Shown here: positions 7,797 through 14,956 of the stretch, one piece after another | Layout: every line of letters starts with the position of its first letter | Numbering within the stretch: position 1 is the first letter of the stretch | DNA from: Methylophaga frappieri | GTDB taxonomy: Bacteria; Pseudomonadota; Gammaproteobacteria; Nitrosococcales; Methylophagaceae | DNA: 32,000 nt | NCBI RefSeq assembly: GCF_000260965.1 | Contig: NC_017856.1 | Coordinates: forward strand, 420,001-452,000 | Direction of reading: 5' to 3' | Notes under the pieces: generated by a model | Told to the model about the DNA's origin: nothing | Seen by the model: the letters and a program-made list of their open reading frames with translations, nothing else | Database searches by the model: none | Position numbers and translations under genes: made by a program

Positions 7797-8648
7797 ATGA
7801 CTAAAACGGTAAAAATCCGCAAATGTCTCTTCCCGGTTGCCGGTTACGGTACCCGGTTTCTACCTGCGACCAAGGCCATGCCGAAAGAAATGTTGCCTAT
7901 CGTGAATAAACCCTTGATTCAATATGGTGTTGAAGAAGCCATGGAAGCTGATTTATCGCAGATGGGTTTTATTACAGGACGCGGTAAGCGGGCTATCGCA
8001 GACCATTTTGATACCAGCTATGAATTAGAGCATCAGATTCGCGGCACCAGCAAAGAAAAGCACCTTGAAGATATACGTCATGTCATGGATACCTGTGACT
8101 TTATGTTTATTCGCCAGCGGGAAATGCTTGGACTTGGCCATGCCATTTTAAGTGGTGAGCCCATGATCGGCCCTGAAGATTTTGCCGTTATTTTGGCTGA
8201 TGATCTCTGTGCACCGCCGACGGATGGCAGCGAACGTGCACTCAGCCAATTAGTCGACCTCTATGCAAAACAGGGCTGTACCGTTATCGCCATTGAGGAA
8301 GTGCCGCCGGAAAATACGGGGAGTTATGGTGTTATTTCCGGTGAAGAAATTGAACCGGGGGTGTTTCGTGTCACCGATATGGTGGAAAAACCCAAACCCG
8401 AAGATGCGCCGAGCAATTTGGCCATCATCGGACGCTATGTGTTTACAAATGATATCTTTGATTACATTCGGAAGACCCCGCCGGGCGCTAACGGCGAAGT
8501 CCAGATTACCGATGCCTTGAAAGTCATGGCTCAAGAAAAACCTGTGTTGGCGTTGAAGTTTAAGGGACAGCGATTTGACTGTGGCAGTATTGGCGGTTTT
8601 GTTCAAGCCACCAATTATTATTATCAAACCGATTATCTGGATAAGTAA
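7797..8648 (+). CDS. galU: UTP--glucose-1-phosphate uridylyltransferase
   Basis: KCLFPVAGYGTRFLPATKAMPKEMLPIVNKPLIQYGVEEA is the classic GalU N-terminus. Length 283 aa; GAGGA ribosome-binding site upstream. Confidence 0.93.
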   Translation: MTKTVKIRKCLFPVAGYGTRFLPATKAMPKEMLPIVNKPLIQYGVEEAMEADLSQMGFITGRGKRAIADHFDTSYELEHQIRGTSKEKHLEDIRHVMDTCDFMFIRQREMLGLGHAILSGEPMIGPEDFAVILADDLCAPPTDGSERALSQLVDLYAKQGCTVIAIEEVPPENTGSYGVISGEEIEPGVFRVTDMVEKPKPEDAPSNLAIIGRYVFTNDIFDYIRKTPPGANGEVQITDALKVMAQEKPVLALKFKGQRFDCGSIGGFVQATNYYYQTDYLDK

Positions 8649-8663
8649 TCTGAGTCCGCCTGA

Positions 8664-9200
8664 TTGATTTTATCTGTGATGACACAGCCGGAAAATTTCA
8701 CCCAAGACGCACTTACCTCTCAAGCCAATGTCCTAGAAGCATTGCTTAAACAATGGCATGAGGCCATCGAGCATGAGAGCAGTGTGTCTGTTTTTTTAAT
8801 TAAAATAGATGCTTATGAGGAGATTGAAAAAAAAGCCGCGTGTACCCGAAAGATTTTGCACAAAATCAATCAGCTATTGAACCGGCAAGACGATCATCTC
8901 TGCCATTTCAACCGCAACATGATAATGTTTATCACGTCAGAACTCTCCTATAGGCAGGCCTGCCAATTCGCTGAGCGAATTCAAGCATCAATTGTGTCGC
9001 TGGGCTTGCAACAACAGATAAATCAAACCGCATCTGCTGGCATCACTCTCAGTATCGGCCATGTCACCTATTCTCCTCAACGCGAAGATACGGTTGGCAT
9101 ATTGGATATTCTCAGTGCGGCAGTTCGGTATTGTCAGGAGGCCAGCAAAGCTGGTGGTAACCGATGTCAAACTCGATTGCACACGACGGTGCTGCGTTAA
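8664..9200 (+). CDS. Stand-alone degenerate GGDEF-domain protein (A-site lost, RxxD I-site retained)
   Basis: The GGDEF fold pattern is visible: VFLIKIDAYEEI (in place of the DxFK..ND region), RQDDHLCHFNRNMIMFI (aligns to RxxD-x5-GGDEF), ITLSIGHV, and AVRYCQEASKAGGNRC (in place of AD.ALY.AK..GRN). The track start is TTG 8664; ATG 8679 (MTQPENF) is an alternative. Confidence 0.65.
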   Translation: MILSVMTQPENFTQDALTSQANVLEALLKQWHEAIEHESSVSVFLIKIDAYEEIEKKAACTRKILHKINQLLNRQDDHLCHFNRNMIMFITSELSYRQACQFAERIQASIVSLGLQQQINQTASAGITLSIGHVTYSPQREDTVGILDILSAAVRYCQEASKAGGNRCQTRLHTTVLR

Positions 9201-9271
9201 CGTTGACAGTAGAATTGGCTCGACTGGAATGCTATATTATGCGCTGACTACACAATGCAGAGGCATCTGTC

Positions 9272-9379
9272 ATGTTAAAAAAACTTGATAAATTTTTGAT
9301 TGAAAAGTTTCCTCATATTATTTTGACCTTTACCGTGTTCTGGTTATCGCTGGTCGCTTGGGGACTGTTTAATTCCTAA
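9272..9379 (+). CDS. Possible 35-aa single-pass membrane peptide
   Basis: Below the ORF-track cutoff, found by eye: MLKKLDKFLIEKFPHIILTFTVFWLSLVAWGLFNS. GAGG lies 8 nt upstream of the ATG, the C-terminal half is hydrophobic, and a terminator-like hairpin follows directly. Confidence 0.3.
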   Translation: MLKKLDKFLIEKFPHIILTFTVFWLSLVAWGLFNS

Positions 9380-9403
9380 GTGTCATTCGACATACCAAGC
9401 ATC

Positions 9404-9431
9404 AAAAAAACCGGTTTTTACCGGTTTTTTT
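9404..9431 (+). terminator. A/T-flanked CCGG hairpin, a likely (bidirectional) terminator ending the glucosylglycerate operon
   Basis: AAAAAAACCGG (9404-9414), loop TTTTTA, CCGGTTTTTTT (9421-9431). Confidence 0.5.
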
Positions 9432-9650
9432 CGTTTCACTGAGCAGCAATACCCACCAGGACACCCCGTTTGTGCTGCAAATGTTCCAGTACAAATAGGC
9501 TCAAATAGTCTTAAAATCAATAATACCTATGAAATAAAGGTTGGCTTGAGTTGCGTTGTCATGATGGATGTCGTTGATAGGTCATGGGTCGCTATTTCGA
9601 TACAATCATATTGTTTGTCTACACCCACCGCCATGAATGAATAACTGACT

Positions 9651-11378
9651 ATGAATCCATTGGAACAGCATCAACTTGCTTTGTCACTAAATTTACCTGA
9701 GACCATCATGGCCAGCCGGTTAGCACAATGGTTATCCACTGGGGGCTTTCAATACCCAGCTGATGAGGATCTTTTTCAGATCAATCGTGAGAACGTCTCG
9801 CAGCAGCACCAGTTATTGCTGAAAGCATGGCTTTTATTTCATCAAAATTTATTAATCGATGCGGGTATCCCCGCGTTTAAAAGTGCAGAAATTGATCAAA
9901 TCGAATATCAAGAAAATGGTCGATTAAGAATAACGATTAGCCTGTTTTCCTTCATCGAATTCCGAAACCTTTTCGTCAATGCCTTATCGCAATGCTTCAC
10001 TTTTATTTTAAAAATGAATGCGACACCTTATTCGCTTGAGGCATTTGACGATCTTGGCAAACGCGTTGAACAACAACTCTATCAGCCACTAAAAAAGGTC
10101 AGTAATGCGGGCTTATCGAATATTCCCATTCTTCAATACGCCTATGAACACCATATCCCTATGCAATATTTTGGTGCCGGTTTGTATCAATTAGGTTGGG
10201 GAGCGAACGCACATTGGTTGAAAGCCAGTAGCACGGAAGAAGATAGTGCAATTGGGGCTAAATTAAGCGGCTATAAACATTTTAGTGCTCAACGGCTAAA
10301 AAGTTTAGGCCTCCCCGCCGCACAGAATGCGTTGGTAAAAACCATTGAACAAGCAGCCGAGTTCGCTGATGAAATTGGCTACCCTGTCGTCGTTAAGCCA
10401 GAACAAGGCAATCGCGGAGAAGGCGTGGTCAAAGATATCACTACGGTGACTCAGCTCAAGCGAGCATTTGAATATAGCAAAAGCTTTAATGAACTAGTCT
10501 TAATCGAAAAACAGGTCACAGGATCTTGTTACCGGTTTTTTGTCTATAAAAACGACGTTATTTACATTAACGGTAATCTGCCAAGAAAGCTTGTCGGCAA
10601 TGGTGAAGCCAATATCGCTGAACTGATTGAAGCCGACACCCGTTATCAAATGACTCGAAAACACTGGCAACGCGACCCCACTATCCCACTTGATACAGAA
10701 ACGCACGATTGTCTCCGTGACCAGAATTTAACCTTGCAAAGTGTGCCTGAGAAGCATCAATCCATCGCGATTCGAAAAATCGGCTCAATGCAATGGGGTA
10801 CTGAGGATGCACCTGCCGTTTGTGATGCTCACCGCGATAATATCGCACTTGCCATTGCGGCGGCAAAAGCCATGAATTTAGCAACGGCGGGGGTAGATAT
10901 GATTATTGAGGATGTGACGCGCTCTTGGCTTGAACAGACGGTTATCGTCAATGAAATCAACTCTTCACCAATGATCGGCGTGAGTAAAGCCTCACTTGAT
11001 GCGCTACCCAAACTGATGCGGTTAATGTTGCCTAATCAGGGGCGTATTCCTGTCACCGTATTTTTAGGAAAAGAGGCCGCATTTGACGCAGCCAGAAAGG
11101 CACAGCAAGCAGCGATAGAAAACAATATTGCCTGCTATCTAACCTCACATCAAACGACGCTCTCCCCAGATCAAAACAGCACCCCAATGACCTTTGAAAC
11201 CGTGTCTCAGCGTGTTAACGCGCTTATGCAGATGCCTAGCGTAGCCGCTTTGATTATCGTGGTTGAGTCCGATTCAGTACTAGAAGAGAAATGGCCAGTT
11301 GACCAGATCGATGAGTTAGTCGTAGTGGATAACGTAAATCAGGCTGTTGAGGATTTTTTTCGGTCACTGTGTAGATGA
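9651..11378 (+). CDS. Cyanophycin-synthetase-like ATP-grasp ligase: CphA-type N domain plus G domain, with a truncated and degenerate M (Mur-ligase-like) remnant
   Basis: ATP-grasp motifs YPVVVKPEQGNRGEGV, VLIEKQVTGSCYRFFV and VIVNEINSSPMIG. The preceding segment (IPILQYAYEHHIPMQYFGAGLYQLGWGANAHWLKASSTEEDSAIGAKLSGYKHFSAQRLKSLGLPAAQ) is collinear with the CphA N/G junction. After the grasp domain, GRIPVTVFLGKEAAF occupies the position of the CphA/Mur P-loop (RIPI.AVTGTNGKTT), and only about 110 aa follow. Confidence 0.75.
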   Translation: MNPLEQHQLALSLNLPETIMASRLAQWLSTGGFQYPADEDLFQINRENVSQQHQLLLKAWLLFHQNLLIDAGIPAFKSAEIDQIEYQENGRLRITISLFSFIEFRNLFVNALSQCFTFILKMNATPYSLEAFDDLGKRVEQQLYQPLKKVSNAGLSNIPILQYAYEHHIPMQYFGAGLYQLGWGANAHWLKASSTEEDSAIGAKLSGYKHFSAQRLKSLGLPAAQNALVKTIEQAAEFADEIGYPVVVKPEQGNRGEGVVKDITTVTQLKRAFEYSKSFNELVLIEKQVTGSCYRFFVYKNDVIYINGNLPRKLVGNGEANIAELIEADTRYQMTRKHWQRDPTIPLDTETHDCLRDQNLTLQSVPEKHQSIAIRKIGSMQWGTEDAPAVCDAHRDNIALAIAAAKAMNLATAGVDMIIEDVTRSWLEQTVIVNEINSSPMIGVSKASLDALPKLMRLMLPNQGRIPVTVFLGKEAAFDAARKAQQAAIENNIACYLTSHQTTLSPDQNSTPMTFETVSQRVNALMQMPSVAALIIVVESDSVLEEKWPVDQIDELVVVDNVNQAVEDFFRSLCR

Positions 11379-12880
11379 CTATGTCGCTCAATTTTTCGCT
11401 CGAAGACAGTCAACGTTTCGTCACCGAGGTCTTGGATCATTACGCAATAACCCAGCCCGATACCATTGCGATTGAAAATGACAACCTTGCTATCAGCTAT
11501 CAGAAACTTAAACAATTAGTGAATGATTGGCAACAAGCACTTGAACAAGCCAATTTACCCAAAGGTCTCTGTATCGGCTTGCGTTTCCACAGTCAAATTG
11601 GCCATCTAATTTGTCACCTTGCTTTACTTAAGCAAAATATCACGCAGGTGATAATCGACCCCCACGATCCCGTCCAACTTCAACAAAATACCGTGATGAC
11701 GTTGGCTATTGACCTGATCCTGCAAGAAACCGCTGAAAACCAACAACAACTTGGTTGTGCCATTCATTCAATTGAAAGCTTGCCCGATAGTCCGCAGTTT
11801 CAAGTTAGCGCAAAGCCCTATTCTCAGGATAGCGTGCTGGTGTTCAGTGGTTCTGGTACCACCTCAAGCCCCAAACATTTTGCTTTTACCTCGACGCAAT
11901 ATGCTGCCATGCTAAAACGCGGTTTAGATGCATGGGTGATAAAGAATCAAGAACGTTACTTTTGCTACTCTCGACTCAACTTTGTTTTTCCACAAAGACA
12001 GGCCTTGTTGTGCTTATCCGTCGGGGCATGCCTTGTTTTATCGGCTAAGCCGATACCAGACCTCATTCAATTTGTCAGAAAACGTCAGGTCGAACATTTG
12101 CTATTGACCGCGAATCAGGCACAGCAGTTTATACTTAACAGCCCCAGCTTAAAAACACCAACTGAAGATCTCGTCCTACCGCATTTAAAAAGTCTGCAGC
12201 TATCCAGCTCGTTAATCAAACAACGTTTACGTAGCACCATAATGGCAAAAGTGACACAACAGCTTTACATTCTTTACGGTGCAAATGAGTTCGGCATTAT
12301 TTCTATGGCCTACCCCGAACAAGTTGCTAACCAGCCAGGAACTGTTGGCGAGGTGCTGCCCAACGTGACCGTGCAAATCATGCATGATGGGGAAAAAACA
12401 TCTCAGCCGGGTGCAATCAGAGTAACAGGTGCGAATATGATCCAGGGCTATGTGGCCGATCCCACAGCAAGCCAAAAAAGCTTTCCAGATGGCGAGTGCT
12501 ATCTGCCAAACGACACAGGATTTTTTACAGCGGATGGCCAATTAATCATTGAAGGTCGAAGCGATGATGCCATCCTTTACACTGGTGTAAATCTCTATCC
12601 AAGGGCACTGGAAGAAGTTCTGGAAGCTCACCCCGCGGTGACAGAAGCCGCGGTCTTTCCCATTTCATTGCCAGATCAGGATGACATCCCCGTTGCTGCG
12701 GTTGAGGTGAACCAGCCCATTGAAGTCAAACTACTGTTAAGTTTTTGTCAAAATCAATTAGGCTGGAAGCGGCCCCAACATATTTTCATCATTGATCAAC
12801 TGCCACGAAATCGCGCTGGCAAGGTGTTGAAAAGACAATTAAAAGAGATGGTTGAGTCAAAGATTCGAGTTCGATCTTAA
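11375..12880 (+). CDS. Stand-alone adenylate-forming enzyme (ANL superfamily: acyl/aminoacyl-AMP ligase)
   Basis: Core motifs: FSGSGTTSSPKHF (divergent A3 P-loop), YGANEFG (A5), LPNDTGFFTADGQLIIEGRSDD (A7/A8), PRNRAGKVLKRQL (A10 lysine). The start overlaps the upstream stop as ATGA. No carrier-protein, condensation or thioesterase gene is nearby. Confidence 0.8.
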   Translation: MTMSLNFSLEDSQRFVTEVLDHYAITQPDTIAIENDNLAISYQKLKQLVNDWQQALEQANLPKGLCIGLRFHSQIGHLICHLALLKQNITQVIIDPHDPVQLQQNTVMTLAIDLILQETAENQQQLGCAIHSIESLPDSPQFQVSAKPYSQDSVLVFSGSGTTSSPKHFAFTSTQYAAMLKRGLDAWVIKNQERYFCYSRLNFVFPQRQALLCLSVGACLVLSAKPIPDLIQFVRKRQVEHLLLTANQAQQFILNSPSLKTPTEDLVLPHLKSLQLSSSLIKQRLRSTIMAKVTQQLYILYGANEFGIISMAYPEQVANQPGTVGEVLPNVTVQIMHDGEKTSQPGAIRVTGANMIQGYVADPTASQKSFPDGECYLPNDTGFFTADGQLIIEGRSDDAILYTGVNLYPRALEEVLEAHPAVTEAAVFPISLPDQDDIPVAAVEVNQPIEVKLLLSFCQNQLGWKRPQHIFIIDQLPRNRAGKVLKRQLKEMVESKIRVRS

Positions 12881-12949
12881 AAAGCGCACTTCATATTGTC
12901 ATCTACCCACTCGTTTTTTGCCGTTTATCTTTGCCAGAAAACGATCATC

Positions 12950-14287
12950 TCAAGCCGATACTTTATGAAATACCGCAATGGATTCCACATGACCGGTGTG
13001 GGGAAACATATCCATGACCCCCGCCGCTGATAATTGATAGCCATATTGCTGGACCAACTCGCCGGCATCTCTTGCAAGGGTTGCCGGGTTGCAAGAGACA
13101 TACACCAGCAACTCGGCCCCCAAATCCGCTAATTGACCTAATACTTCAAATGCACCGCTACGTGGCGGATCAAGCAGAATTTTATTAAACCCGGCTTTGG
13201 CCCACGGGTAATCTGCGAGGCGTGTCTGCGTCAGATCTGCTTGCTCAAATAACGCATTACTCAAATGATTTAATTGTGCATTTCGGCGTGCATGAGCAAC
13301 CAATGAAGCATCGCCCTCGACCCCGATTACCTCCGCAGCACGTTTTGCTAATGGCAAGGTGAAATTGCCGAGACCGCAAAATAAATCCAAGATCCGGTCA
13401 GACTGATTAACGTCCAGTAAAGACATCGCCAGCGGAATCATTTTTTCATTAATACCGGCATTGACCTGCGTGAAATCACCTGGCGCAAAATCTAATCTTA
13501 AACCGGGCTCAGGGGCATAATGCAATTGAGGAGACAATGGCCACAAAGGACTTACCGTATCCGGGCCACCAGATTGTTGATATATCCAAAGATTTTGTTG
13601 CTCGCCAAAGGCAATGAGTTTTTGTTGATCACCTTTTGATAACGGATCCAGATTTCTAAATACCAGTGCTGTATGGGTGTGATCCATCGCCACTTCTATC
13701 TGCGCAATACGCTGATAAGCATCCAGCGAGGCAATCAAATCAGCCAGATCATGCAATCGCAGGCCAACTCTGGGATCCAGCACTTCACATTGCTGCAGCT
13801 CTGCGACAAAGGGCGACGCCTTTTCCCGAAAACCGACCAGCACTTTTTGTTTTTTATGGACATACTTGACTCCAAGTCGTGCTTTTCGGCGGTATCCCCA
13901 TAATGGCCCGGTCAACGGTGATAGCCAATGTTCAGGCGCCAGCTGACCGAAATGATGTAATTGTTCTGCCAATGTTTGTTGTTTTAGCGCCAGTTGCGCC
14001 GCCGGTTCCATATGCATCAAACTGCAACCACCACAGACACCAAAATGTTGGCAGCGAGGTTTGACGCGTTTTGATGAAGCTAAATGTACGGCATCGATTT
14101 TGGCTTCATCATATTTACTATGATGACGGGTGTAATAAAAGCTGACCTCTTCGCCCGCCAAAGCCCCATCGACAAAGACCGTTTTCCCTTCAACTCTGGC
14201 GATACCTCGACCATCATGCGCCAAACCCTCAATGTGCGCGGTGATACGCTCCTGTGAAACCTTTTGTCGTCGCTGTCTGCGCGCCAT
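12950..14287 (-). CDS. rlmD: 23S rRNA (uracil1939-C5)-methyltransferase RlmD (RumA)
   Basis: TRAM-like N-terminus, Fe-S cysteine cluster CQHFGVCGGCSLMHM, SAM motif LDLFCGLGNFTLPLA, and C-terminal catalytic VSCNP. Confidence 0.92.
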   Translation of the reverse strand: MARRQRRQKVSQERITAHIEGLAHDGRGIARVEGKTVFVDGALAGEEVSFYYTRHHSKYDEAKIDAVHLASSKRVKPRCQHFGVCGGCSLMHMEPAAQLALKQQTLAEQLHHFGQLAPEHWLSPLTGPLWGYRRKARLGVKYVHKKQKVLVGFREKASPFVAELQQCEVLDPRVGLRLHDLADLIASLDAYQRIAQIEVAMDHTHTALVFRNLDPLSKGDQQKLIAFGEQQNLWIYQQSGGPDTVSPLWPLSPQLHYAPEPGLRLDFAPGDFTQVNAGINEKMIPLAMSLLDVNQSDRILDLFCGLGNFTLPLAKRAAEVIGVEGDASLVAHARRNAQLNHLSNALFEQADLTQTRLADYPWAKAGFNKILLDPPRSGAFEVLGQLADLGAELLVYVSCNPATLARDAGELVQQYGYQLSAAGVMDMFPHTGHVESIAVFHKVSA

Positions 14288-14302
14288 ATTTTTTCCTGCA
14301 AA

Positions 14303-14337
14303 TAAAAAAGTCCGGCCACGAGGAACGCAACCGGACT
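14303..14337 (-). terminator. Weak intrinsic terminator after ydbL
   Basis: On the minus strand: AGTCCGG, 15-nt loop, CCGGACT, then TTTTTTAT. The stem is short, so confidence is low. Confidence 0.4.
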
Positions 14338-14352
14338 CGAATTAACTCAATG

Positions 14353-14946
14353 TTACTTTTGTTGCCAGCTGCCACCTTGCTGATACCACCAGCCCTGTGC
14401 CGCATTACTCACCCAGCGTCTGGCAAAAGTTTCTTGAATATCACTTTGCCACTCCGGGTGTCCATTAGCTCGGGCTATTTCCGCATAAAGGGCGTTTCTA
14501 TCCTGATTTTCAGCGGCAATTAAGCCATTGATGGTATTACGATCTTTCAAGGCCACGGCTTTTGCATCACGCAACGTAATGAGGCCATCTTGTGTTAACC
14601 CTATCGCGCCACTGTGATAAAACGGTTCTAATTGCGCGTGTCTTGCCTTCATTTTGTCTTGAAGCGCGGTAATCGCAGGAGAGTTAATATTAATGTCAGC
14701 TTGCGCCATTGCCGGTGAAACCAGCCAATTCAGCATTTTCATGGCCACTGGCATAGTCGAAGCTGATGAGGATGACGGACTTAGGGGCGGCTCAACAGCC
14801 TGACCGGGCTGTTTTCCCCAGACATCTTCGATAATCCGATCGGCGGCTTCTTCAGCGGCGGCGGCCGGGAAATAAATATTAATGGTGACACAGGATGCCA
14901 GCAATAAAGCCAGCATACTACTCGAATAAGCGCGTAATCTTTGCAT
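14353..14946 (-). CDS. ydbL: YdbL-like (DUF1318) protein with an N-terminal lipoprotein extension
   Basis: The C-terminal half (AIGLTQDGLITLRD...ENQDRNALYAEIARANG...WVSNAAQGWWYQQGGSWQQK) matches my recollection of DUF1318/YdbL. The N-terminus has a lipobox, LLLASC (Cys19). Confidence 0.65.
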   Translation of the reverse strand: MQRLRAYSSSMLALLLASCVTINIYFPAAAAEEAADRIIEDVWGKQPGQAVEPPLSPSSSSASTMPVAMKMLNWLVSPAMAQADININSPAITALQDKMKARHAQLEPFYHSGAIGLTQDGLITLRDAKAVALKDRNTINGLIAAENQDRNALYAEIARANGHPEWQSDIQETFARRWVSNAAQGWWYQQGGSWQQK

Positions 14947-14956
14947 CGTTACATCC

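Noticed and set aside
9203-9238. Perfect TTGACA hexamer (9203-9208) with TATATT (9233-9238) as a promoter for the 35-aa ORF
   Set aside because: The spacer is 24 nt, far from the 16-18 nt optimum. No properly spaced -10 element was found.
9574-9606. TTGATA ... TACAAT as the promoter of the ATP-grasp/ANL pair
   Set aside because: The spacer is 21 nt. The -10-like TACAAT (9601-9606) is plausible on its own, but the pair cannot be supported as a sigma-70 promoter without transcription-start data.
9651-12880. ATP-grasp + ANL pair as a siderophore synthetase linked to the Fur-related loci in the window
   Set aside because: No NIS (IucA/IucC) or NRPS carrier/condensation domains, exporter or receptor are adjacent. 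No Fur-like site was seen in the 9432-9650 upstream spacer. The iron-related loci lie about 9 kb or more away and are separated from this pair by housekeeping genes.
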